Assembly: GCA_913031285.1 (NCBI GenBank)
Contig: CAJWEI010000006.1
Location: forward strand, 2,401-66,400
Direction: 5' to 3'
DNA from: an uncultured Alphaproteobacteria bacterium
GTDB lineage: Bacteria > Pseudomonadota > Alphaproteobacteria > Rhodobacterales > Rhodobacteraceae
Length of the DNA stretch: 64,000 nt
This document shows, piece after piece, positions 49,091 to 57,852 of the stretch. How positions within the stretch are numbered: the stretch's first letter is position 1; every line of letters starts with the position of its first letter. The notes under the pieces are model-generated. The model made no database searches, was not told the DNA's origin, and worked only from the letters and a program-made list of their open reading frames with translations. The position numbers and the translations under genes are program-made.

Positions 49091-50119
49091 ATGGCTGATC
49101 AACCCAGCTCTGAGTACCACTTTTCGCAGGCCAATGCTTTAGAGTATATAGCCACTGTACTACTCCGCGAAAATATCTCTGACCAAAACGCCCAGTCTGT
49201 TGCACGGGCACTGGTTAATGCAGAAATAGACGGTCAGAAAGGTCACGGCTTTTCACGTGTCGCAAGCTATGCACTACAAGCGCGGTCGGGCAAGGTGGCA
49301 GGGCAGGCTGTCCCACAGGTAAGCCAGAGCGGGACTGCCATGTTACGAATTGATGCTGCTAACGGTTTTGCATTTCCAGCAATCGACCTAGCGATTGAGC
49401 AACTTGTCACGCTGTCATCCAAAACCGGAATCGCTGCAGCAGGCATCACACGGTCCCATCACTGTGGTCAGCTTGGAGCACATGTCGAACGTCTGGCCGA
49501 AGCTGGCTGTGTAGCAATAATGTTTGCCAACTCACCCAAAGCGATGGCACCATGGGGCGGCAATGCCGCTTTATTTGGTACAAACCCAATTGCTTTTGCC
49601 ACTCCACGCCAAGACGGTCAGCCACCCCTTGTCGTCGATATGTCCCTATCTAAAGTCGCTCGCGGCAAAGTCATGTCGGCGGCAAAAGCAGGCGAAGACA
49701 TTCCCGAAGGTTGGGCTCTCAGTGCAGAAGGGGAACCAACCACGGACCCTAAGGCTGCGTTGGCTGGTTCAATGGTGCCCGTAGGCGACGCGAAGGGCGC
49801 GGCTTTGGCTCTAATGGTAGAAATTCTCGCAGCAACGGTGATCGGAGCCAATCATAGTTACGACGCCACCTCTTTCTTTGACGCTGAAGGCGATCCTCCT
49901 GGCGTGGGGCAGTTTATCATCGCAATCAATGCGACGCATGTCGGAGGGGTTAATTTCATCAGCCGGATTGAGGCATTGATTGGCGCAATTTTGGGTCAAG
50001 ATGGCACCCGATTACCAGGCGAAAAACGCATCACAAATCGCTTAGATTGCGCCGCAGAAGGATTTTTCGTTGCGTCACATTTGGTTGAAGAGATTAATGG
50101 ATTAAAGCAAGAACTTTAA
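49091..50119 (+). CDS. Ldh_2-family (malate/L-lactate/sulfolactate-type) dehydrogenase
   Basis: From ATG 49091: MADQPSSEYHFSQ...ALVNAEIDGQKGHGFSRV. The ORF-track start at 48710 would overlap the lipoprotein gene antisense and is rejected. Confidence 0.8.
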   Translation: MADQPSSEYHFSQANALEYIATVLLRENISDQNAQSVARALVNAEIDGQKGHGFSRVASYALQARSGKVAGQAVPQVSQSGTAMLRIDAANGFAFPAIDLAIEQLVTLSSKTGIAAAGITRSHHCGQLGAHVERLAEAGCVAIMFANSPKAMAPWGGNAALFGTNPIAFATPRQDGQPPLVVDMSLSKVARGKVMSAAKAGEDIPEGWALSAEGEPTTDPKAALAGSMVPVGDAKGAALALMVEILAATVIGANHSYDATSFFDAEGDPPGVGQFIIAINATHVGGVNFISRIEALIGAILGQDGTRLPGEKRITNRLDCAAEGFFVASHLVEEINGLKQEL

Positions 50120-50692
50120 GTCATTTTCTTGTTACGCCACAAATCAACCAAAATATTAAATATAGATCCTATGTTTGAAGCCGCGTTGCGTGCGTTCCAT
50201 ATTCATTGATGCGATCCCGAGTGTAAACAATAAGGCCTTCGTTAAAGGCCGCCAGGGTATGCCTTTAACTACAAATATATATGTCTTGATTTCAATTTTT
50301 AACAGATCGTCTAAAGTACCGAACATCATAAACTGAAAATGAGGAGAACTCGCAGTTGTAAGGGCCAAAGTGGAACTAAAATTTAAGCAGAAATGGACGT
50401 TTTACTCTCGACGATGCGAGTAGCTTTTGGCAGAAGCGGCAGTGACATCAGCATATCCATTCTGGGTCATTATTTAGGTAAAGCTTACCGCTCCACACGA
50501 TCACCCTCCAGTATACTTTGCCATAATTACACCCTCAAATTTGAAATTAAACTTTCCCTTTGACAGAGGCCATCTTTATGAGCCTCAATCAAATTTCACC
50601 AGTGTGGACTTGATTAAATGTAAGCACTCGCATTTTCAAAATTAATTAGATAGATTTCTTCACTATGAATTATTACGACGCTGGGGCATCAG

Positions 50693-51439
50693 ATGGAAAA
50701 GATAGTATTAGTCACTGGAGCAGCAAGAGGCATTGGACTTGCAACATCACACATATTTGCAAATTCAAATTATCAAGTCTTGATGTTGGATCGTGACCAA
50801 GAGGAGCTTGAAAAAGCCACTTCTGAAGTTGCCAACTCAACAGCTCTTCACTTTGATATTTCAGTTTCTGGAACAGGTGATGAAGTTGCATACCTAATAT
50901 CTTCAAGATATGCACGACTAGATGCGCTAGTTAACAATGCAGGCGTTGCACAATTTGGACCCATTGAAACTTGCGATAGTCAAACGTGGCGCGAAGTCAT
51001 GGACACTAATCTTGACGGAATGTTTTATCTTAGCCAATCTTTGATCCCTACTCTTCAGAAATCGCGGGGTAACATTGTCAACATTGCATCAATATCGGGG
51101 CTAAGGGCTTCGACGCTTCGCATTGCTTATGGAACATCTAAGGCGGCTGTTATGCAACTTAGTAAACAGCAAGCCATAGAATTGGGAGAATATGGCATAA
51201 GGGTTAATTGCGTGGCACCAGGTCCCGTTCGCACAAAATTGGCAATCGCAGTACATACTCAAGAAATTATTGACGCCTATCACGATGCCATTCCGCTAAA
51301 CCGCTATGGTAAAGAAAGTGAAATTGCTGAAGTCATTTTTTTCTTAGCGTCAGAAAAAGCATCTTACGTTACAGGACAAGTCATAGCGGTTGACGGTGGG
51401 TTTGACGCGACAGGTGTTGGGCTACCCGCGCTGCGATAA
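50693..51439 (+). CDS. Short-chain dehydrogenase/reductase (FabG-like)
   Basis: TGAARGIG, NNAG and YGTSKAA motifs are present. 248 aa. Confidence 0.85.
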   Translation: MEKIVLVTGAARGIGLATSHIFANSNYQVLMLDRDQEELEKATSEVANSTALHFDISVSGTGDEVAYLISSRYARLDALVNNAGVAQFGPIETCDSQTWREVMDTNLDGMFYLSQSLIPTLQKSRGNIVNIASISGLRASTLRIAYGTSKAAVMQLSKQQAIELGEYGIRVNCVAPGPVRTKLAIAVHTQEIIDAYHDAIPLNRYGKESEIAEVIFFLASEKASYVTGQVIAVDGGFDATGVGLPALR

Positions 51440-51517
51440 CGCAGCCTTAAGCGCCTAAATTAAGCTATGGGGTTAATTATAATTAGCTAAGACCTCACTA
51501 AAACAGAAAGATCCATT

Positions 51518-51949
51518 ATGATCCGCCCTCTCACCTCACAAGATTATTCCCAGTGGCATATACTTTGGTCCAAATACCTTGATTTTTATGAAACAAAACT
51601 CGAGGATTCGATTTTCGAAACTACATTTAAAAAATTAATTTCTAAAGATCATCCGAACCAAAATGCACTGGTATCACAGGATAAGGACGCACTTACTGGG
51701 CTGGTTCATTTTATATTGCATCCACATAACTGGAAAAGTGAAGACGTTGTTTACCTACAAGACCTTTATACAGATGAACCTTTGCGCGGTAACGGAATAG
51801 GCCGAGCCTTGATTGAAGCAGTCTATAAAGTTGCTGATGAAAATGGTACTCCTAACGTCTATTGGCTAACCCAGGATCATAATCGCATTGCGCGACACCT
51901 TTATGATCGTATTGGAACCTTAACGCCTTTCATCAAGTATAATCGCTAG
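51518..51949 (+). CDS. GNAT-family N-acetyltransferase
   Basis: 143 aa with an acetyl-CoA binding motif, LRGNGIGRALIEAV. Confidence 0.8.
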   Translation: MIRPLTSQDYSQWHILWSKYLDFYETKLEDSIFETTFKKLISKDHPNQNALVSQDKDALTGLVHFILHPHNWKSEDVVYLQDLYTDEPLRGNGIGRALIEAVYKVADENGTPNVYWLTQDHNRIARHLYDRIGTLTPFIKYNR

Positions 51950-52219
51950 ACAACTTTTTTGAATAAAATTATCCCTGTATTAACAAATATTTTTCTTAAA
52001 TTAGAGTCAGACGTGCTAACCGATAACGACGGCTACTCTCGTGATTGCAAAAACTGGGCAGCTTCAGTCAAGGTGAAGCCTGCACCATTTTTTTATCCTT
52101 GCAATTGGTTATACAGAATAAATATCATCACTCTTGAATTTGGGCAAAATATCTAGGCTCAAGTATAAAAAATGATGTTTTTCATCTGTAATTACTTTTA
52201 GGATCAAAAGAGGAATCTT

Positions 52220-52903
52220 ATGTTCACCAGGGACAAACATCGTTTTATTTTACAATTTAGATTCGTATGCCTTTTGTTTTCAATGGCTTATTTTATTTAT
52301 CAATTTACAGTCGCAAACTATGACAATTTTGGCATACACTTTAGATATCTTACAATTTGGGGCCTGACGGGCGCATTGATCGCCACATTGCTGCTTTACA
52401 ACAGTAAACGGAATGGAAAACCTGAAGGATATTTTGCATTTGTTTCAGCTGTAGCCGTTCTAAATGCAATGGTTGTTTTCTTATATTGGAAGCTATATTT
52501 TGTAGATCCTAATCTGGTCAATTATTCTGGATCGATTGTCTGGTATCAAGAATACTATTTACACTTGATTGGGCCACTTCTTTTGATTGTGGATTCATTA
52601 TTTTTCAATGACTCATTCAGGCAATTTCATAAAGGGTTTTTGACGGCGATAGGATTATGTTTACTATACATTTTCTGGACTGAAATCATAACTGCACCCC
52701 TCAACAATTCACCCGAAGGCTCAGCAAATAAAGGCTTTCCATATCCATTTTTGAACAATATGCGCCTCCATGATAGGATAATATTTTATGCAACAACAAT
52801 TTTAACAGCTTTAGCTTTTTACTCTGCTGGTTGGATTATCACAAAAATTAAATTTCACATTGTCAGCCTTAAGAATAGTCCTCGCTCTTATGAAATTTTC
52901 TAA
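52220..52903 (+). CDS. Integral membrane protein of unknown function (about 6 TM)
   Basis: 227 aa, AT-rich and hydrophobic with Phe/Tyr/Leu-rich helices. No motif recognised. Confidence 0.55.
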   Translation: MFTRDKHRFILQFRFVCLLFSMAYFIYQFTVANYDNFGIHFRYLTIWGLTGALIATLLLYNSKRNGKPEGYFAFVSAVAVLNAMVVFLYWKLYFVDPNLVNYSGSIVWYQEYYLHLIGPLLLIVDSLFFNDSFRQFHKGFLTAIGLCLLYIFWTEIITAPLNNSPEGSANKGFPYPFLNNMRLHDRIIFYATTILTALAFYSAGWIITKIKFHIVSLKNSPRSYEIF

Positions 52904-53022
52904 GCATAAAATATCTTTATAAACCTTATCAGTAGAAATCAGTTTAAAATTTGAAAAAATAAGTGAACCCGAATATAAAATGACAAGTGGATCAAGAATA
53001 GCAGTCACCAATAGGTGAACCG

Positions 53023-54381
53023 GTGGTTAGTTTGGGTAATAAATTTAAAGCGACATTTAAGGGTGCCAATAAAAATCGAAAACCTGCACAGGCTGTGGAG
53101 CCCCCCACGAATTTAATAAGTTCTTTAGTACAGAAATTTAATAACGGACTACTGCAACAAACGCTGTCTGATCTATCAAAATTGCTTCATCATTATCCTC
53201 GTTCAGCTACACTTTACAATATTCAAGGTGCTACAAACGCCCGTCTAGGCAAACCAGACGCAGCTTTAGAAGATTTCAAAAATGCGCTCTTTATAAACCC
53301 AAAGTCGGCTGAAGCTAACAATAACATGGGAAATATTCTCAAGGAACAGGGCAAATTAGAAAAAGCCATAAAAGCATACAGAAAGGCCTTGTTGCTGAAG
53401 CCGGATTATGCGGAAGCATTTTACAATATGGGCAACGCATACAAGGAAATGAAAAAATTAAAGAGCGCTATATCGTCATATAACAGGGCATTATCGCTAA
53501 ATCCTAATTATGCAGAAGCTTTCTATAATAAGGGCCTTATTCAGAGCTACATGGACGACAACGATGCTGCCATAGAGAGCTATAATAAAGCACTAAAAAT
53601 CAAGCCAAGCTATGTAGAAGCTTTATTTAAGTTAGGTGAAAGCTTCAAACTTTTTGGAGAGAACAATAATGCGGCCAAATATTTTGAGGCTGCGGTTAAC
53701 CTTGATGAAACTGATGCGGTAGGAGCGAAATTGCATTTAGCAACTCTGGGCAGAAGCTCTACACCATCGAAAACTCCCGAAGTATTTATGAAAAATTTTT
53801 ACAAAAAAAGGGCGCGAATTTGGGATAATCAATCTTTAGATAAATATAGTGGACATCTTCTAATTGCGTCGGCATTCGGTCAAGCTAATATAAAGAAAGA
53901 AAACCATATTTTGGATTTAGGATGTGGTACCGGAAGTCTTGCAAATTTTCTCCGACCTTATGCAAAATCATTAGTAGGCATCGATTTATCTCATGAAATG
54001 TTGGCCTATGCTCGAGAAACTAAGATTTATGATTTACTTATCGAAAAAGATATTGAGCTTTATTTAGCAGAAAAATTGGATCATTACGATATCGTCGTTG
54101 CGGCGGCCGTATTTATTCATTTTCTGAATTTAGAGAGGGTATTCACATTGATAACTAAAAGCCTCAAAAAGAATGGTCAGTTCATTTTTACAGTTTTTGA
54201 AAGCCTAAAAGAGGATAAACATTTAAACGATTTTTTAATGTATTCACATAGCGCTGATTACATTTCTAGTTTGGTCGAATATCTAGATTTGAAGATAATC
54301 TTTAGGGACAGATCCATCCACGAATATCATAAAGAAACAGCAATCTACAGCCTTGTATATGTTTTGCAAAAAACATCATAA
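53023..54381 (+). CDS. TPR-repeat protein fused to a class I SAM-dependent methyltransferase
   Basis: At least four 34-aa TPR units are visible (e.g. AEAFYNMGNAYKEMKKLKSAISSYNRALSLNPNY). The C-terminal half has methyltransferase motif I, ILDLGCGTG. GTG start. Confidence 0.75.
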   Translation: MVSLGNKFKATFKGANKNRKPAQAVEPPTNLISSLVQKFNNGLLQQTLSDLSKLLHHYPRSATLYNIQGATNARLGKPDAALEDFKNALFINPKSAEANNNMGNILKEQGKLEKAIKAYRKALLLKPDYAEAFYNMGNAYKEMKKLKSAISSYNRALSLNPNYAEAFYNKGLIQSYMDDNDAAIESYNKALKIKPSYVEALFKLGESFKLFGENNNAAKYFEAAVNLDETDAVGAKLHLATLGRSSTPSKTPEVFMKNFYKKRARIWDNQSLDKYSGHLLIASAFGQANIKKENHILDLGCGTGSLANFLRPYAKSLVGIDLSHEMLAYARETKIYDLLIEKDIELYLAEKLDHYDIVVAAAVFIHFLNLERVFTLITKSLKKNGQFIFTVFESLKEDKHLNDFLMYSHSADYISSLVEYLDLKIIFRDRSIHEYHKETAIYSLVYVLQKTS

Positions 54382-54589
54382 AAATTAATTATTAAATTGT
54401 TTTAATGATTAACGAATGGAGAAAGCTATACTTTACAACAAACGATACTAAGCCCTAATAATCCACTCACATGTGTTTTAGCTCAGTTTCCTTTCAAAAA
54501 ACGTTTACACATAGTGAGCCACTATATGCACGTTAAGTTGATACTATCTTGGATAAAAGGGGAGCGCCCTCCCTAAAACAACGGACAAC

Positions 54590-54870
54590 ACAACGTATGT
54601 GAACTACTTACCAATACCGCGCGAGATACAATTCAAAAACTACCCTCGACGTGCAAATTACAATTTGAAACGAAACACCACTCACTATGGCACAGAACGG
54701 ACAGTCTAGTATGGCGCTTTGGAATAGAATACTTGAGGTTTTATGATTTCGGGACGATTTGGTATCTAAGCTATTTGAGGCAGGTCCTAGTGTTCAAGAG
54801 GTGGCATTATTAAGAGGCCATAAGGCTTTTCAATGCTGACGAGACACACGAACCTCAAGGCTTATAACTT
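54590..54870 (+). pseudogene. Tyrosine recombinase (phage-type integrase) C-terminal remnant, multiply disrupted
   Basis: ..PREI....KRNTTHYGTERTV*YGALE*.. compares with R.gEi...K....R.VPL...ALE. FRDDLVSKLFEAGPSVQEVALLRGHKAFQ followed, after a frame shift, by MLTRHTNLKA compares with HDLRH...LF.aG....eVa...GHk....L.RYTHL. Several stops and frameshifts are present and the N-terminal half is missing. Confidence 0.7.
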
Positions 54871-55013
54871 TGCATTGCATTCGTATTTCAATTAAGTAGA
54901 CGGTCCAGAAAATGCGGTGTGCACTTATTAAGTTGGTAGGAAAAATTCAACGTGTTACATTAGACAAAGTAAACTGACTAGTGGGATAAGACTCAGCCGT
55001 TAAAGGATTTTCA

Positions 55014-55919
55014 GTGAGTGAGTTTGGTGTTAACGCTAGGGTATCTTCAGCACCTGAAAAAGCTATAATTTGTATGCTTTCGGGCGCAGCAGTACTCACT
55101 ACTAACGATGCCCTACTTAAATGGCTTAGCAGCGATTATCACGTGGGTCAGATAATGTTCTGCAGAGGTATTTTTATCAGCATACCCCTAATTGTACTGA
55201 TCTGGCAGTCGGGAGGACTGAAATCCTTACGAACAGTCAACCCGAAGGGTCATGTCCTACGCGCCGCATTGGTGGTTGTTGGAACTTTTTTATTCGTAAG
55301 TGGTTTAGCGTATTTACCGCTTACTGACGCCATCGCTATCACTTTTTCTGGCCCCTTGTTCATTACCACATTAGCTCCAACACTTCTTGGTGAAAGTGTC
55401 GGCTGGAGGCGTTGGTCTGCAGTACTCGCTGGCTTCTTCGGTATCCTTCTAATTATGCGGCCGGGTGGTGATGTAATGCAGTGGGCGGCTCTATTTCCCC
55501 TTTTAGCAAGCCTGACTGGAGCTTTCCGTGACCTCCTAACACGTCATCTGAGTAGTAAGGAGACTACCGTAGCAATGTTGTCTTATACTACTTTAGGGGT
55601 TATCTTGGCCAGCTCAGCGACAATACCGTTCATATGGAAACCTGTGCCAATGGTTGATTGGGGATGGTTCGTTTTGAGTGGCTTATTAGTCGGCTCCGCA
55701 CATTTCCTTATGATTGAAACCTTTCGGTATGGCGAGGCCACACTAGTGGCGCCCTTCAAGTATTCAGGAGTTATTTGGGCGGGCTTATTCGGATACTTCA
55801 TATGGGGGGACATACCGGACACCGCGACCATTTCCGGTATTAGCTTGGTAGTAGTCGCAGGGGTTTACATACTTCACCGCGAACGCCTTGACAGATCAAG
55901 GGGTAGTGAGACTTTATAA
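55014..55919 (+). CDS. DMT-superfamily (EamA-like) transporter
   Basis: 301 aa with about 10 TM segments and two EamA-like halves. GTG start. Confidence 0.8.
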   Translation: MSEFGVNARVSSAPEKAIICMLSGAAVLTTNDALLKWLSSDYHVGQIMFCRGIFISIPLIVLIWQSGGLKSLRTVNPKGHVLRAALVVVGTFLFVSGLAYLPLTDAIAITFSGPLFITTLAPTLLGESVGWRRWSAVLAGFFGILLIMRPGGDVMQWAALFPLLASLTGAFRDLLTRHLSSKETTVAMLSYTTLGVILASSATIPFIWKPVPMVDWGWFVLSGLLVGSAHFLMIETFRYGEATLVAPFKYSGVIWAGLFGYFIWGDIPDTATISGISLVVVAGVYILHRERLDRSRGSETL

Positions 55920-56207
55920 TTGCCTTGTCAGGTTTTCAACTAATTATGTATCACCTCAAGTTTATTATAAGGATTTGGCTCTTATCTGTTAAAGATGAAA
56001 CTCAACCTTCCACAATTTCTGAAAGCCAAGATCGGAAGTGATTGGTAATTCCTAGTAAAAAGTAAAATTAAAAACGAATTATCAGAAAAAAAATATCGCC
56101 AGATATACCGATTTGACCGTTGATAACCCAGCAATGCATTAGCATTTCGATTACATAATAATAGATAAGAAAAATCGCATTTTTTGAATTATAACGCTGA
56201 ACTCACA

Positions 56208-57011
56208 TTATCTTAAAAACTCTATTTTTAGCCTTGTATTAATGATACCTTCAAAAAGGGCAGTCCAAGTTTCTCCTGAATATATTGGCTTGGCATCTGT
56301 GAGTGTCCCAGTTGTGACTATATCTCCATCGCTCAAACTATTTTCGTTTTTCTCTTTATCTATCCCTCGCAGCAAATACTGTATCGCAGAAATAGGCCCA
56401 TTAAGTACACTGTCACCACTACCTTTTTCAATGACCTCACCATTTTTTGATAGGCATACTTTCTGATTGATAAGCAACTCATTGATATTTTTAGTGGGTT
56501 CCACTTTCTGTCCGATGATTAACTTTCCATGCAAACCACCTGCCGCGATCGTATCAGGAACAGAAAACTTCCAGTTTGGATAAATTGAATCAACAATTTC
56601 AACTCCGGGAGCAACCCAACCCACACATTTGACAATCTGCTCAATGCTTGAATCATTTTGAGGGCAGTTTTTTAATCCAATCACAACTTCTGGTTCAATG
56701 CGCGGTTCACAAAATCCACTTAAATTAACTGCGGCAGTATTGTTTTCAGCGTAAACTACAGATGAAGTGCTGATGAAACCCCACATTGGTTCATTCACTG
56801 AATAAATCGGCCAAATGGATCGGTTAGTGAAACCTATTTTACGACCAACGTTTTCCCAACCACGCAATTGGAACACTTTCCGTGCTACTTGGTAAGCCTC
56901 TGAATTTGAGAGGTTAAAATTCCTTCCTGAAAAGGGCTGGATTTGATTTGAAGATTTAATAGCTTCAAAAACTTCAAAAGCTACATCATCAACATTCATG
57001 GAATTTCTCAC
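56208..57011 (-). CDS. 2-keto-4-pentenoate-hydratase-like (FAH-fold hydratase/decarboxylase) protein
   Basis: ...SEAYQVARKVFQLRGWENVGRKIGFTNRSIWPIYSVNEPMWGFI and a C-terminal ...GDIVTTGTLTDA are present. The start may be ATG 56999 rather than GTG 57011. Confidence 0.7.
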   Translation of the reverse strand: MRNSMNVDDVAFEVFEAIKSSNQIQPFSGRNFNLSNSEAYQVARKVFQLRGWENVGRKIGFTNRSIWPIYSVNEPMWGFISTSSVVYAENNTAAVNLSGFCEPRIEPEVVIGLKNCPQNDSSIEQIVKCVGWVAPGVEIVDSIYPNWKFSVPDTIAAGGLHGKLIIGQKVEPTKNINELLINQKVCLSKNGEVIEKGSGDSVLNGPISAIQYLLRGIDKEKNENSLSDGDIVTTGTLTDAKPIYSGETWTALFEGIINTRLKIEFLR

Positions 57012-57100
57012 TAGCTTATTATATTTTTAGTAGATTAAGGCGTAAAAACCCTAATTAGCAAGTCACTTTGATTATTGGCAACCTTGGACTTTTTATCAGT

Positions 57101-57643
57101 TTAAGATGGTGGCTTATTCGCAGGGATGCATCTGTAAATAGACAAACTATTTTTTGACATAAATAGTTCTCTTACATCTTCACAGGCTTCCCAATCGTTT
57201 TGATAACCCATAATAACGATAACATTTTCCCACGCAGTAGCTGACTTTATTTGAAGAAAATAATCCTCCGAATTACCAATCCTATTTTCAAAGATAAACT
57301 TTTCCCACAAACTTTTTGTATAGCCATAAGGATCAGTGGTATTATTTTCTGGAATCTCGGAAAATTGGAAGCCGTCCTCAATTGAATATATAACTTTTTT
57401 TTCATAATGGTTTGATAAACACTCAATGGCACTTTCAATAATTTGAGTATCTTCGACTCCAGACCAGTCCATTATTCTTTGTACAACATGCTGAGCGGTC
57501 ATAGTATCTTTCGTCAGCATCGCAGTCTCACAAATGTTTGTAAGCGCTATTTGTTCGGCCATATTGGGTGTTTTAGATGCTCCAGCTTTCACTGAAAGAC
57601 ATGCAAAAAGTCCTAATATAAAAGTAATATAAAAAAATTTCAT
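57101..57643 (-). CDS. Secreted Cys-containing protein of unknown function
   Basis: 180 aa with the signal peptide MKFFYITFILGLFACLSVKA and 6 further Cys. AT-rich. Its ATG overlaps the stop of the upstream small ORF. Confidence 0.55.
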   Translation of the reverse strand: MKFFYITFILGLFACLSVKAGASKTPNMAEQIALTNICETAMLTKDTMTAQHVVQRIMDWSGVEDTQIIESAIECLSNHYEKKVIYSIEDGFQFSEIPENNTTDPYGYTKSLWEKFIFENRIGNSEDYFLQIKSATAWENVIVIMGYQNDWEACEDVRELFMSKNSLSIYRCIPANKPPS

Positions 57644-57852
57644 TTCAGCGTCTCATTTAGTATCTTCTTCTGTGCATCTGAATTTGTGTACAGCACGACT
57701 GCTTTCGACACTGCTTGAGCGGGCAACTCCAGATCTTTCTTCTCACTCTCCATATCTTCCAAATAGTAAATATATTTGAATTTACTAGCAAGATTTTGAG
57801 TCATATTTAAAGATACGCTTGCCATAAGTTTTCCTGACACTGTAAGTATCAA
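57640..57852 (-). CDS. Small hypothetical protein, translationally coupled to the 57643 gene
   Basis: 70 aa ORF (or about 61 aa from the internal MASVSL start). The stop/start overlap is ATGA. Confidence 0.35.
   Translation of the reverse strand: MILTVSGKLMASVSLNMTQNLASKFKYIYYLEDMESEKKDLELPAQAVSKAVVLYTNSDAQKKILNETLK

Noticed and set aside
50120-50692. Gene-free 570 nt with minus-strand fragments faintly reminiscent of a DUF1330-type small protein
   Set aside because: The similarity is too weak and is scattered over frames. I cannot support a pseudogene call without a database search.
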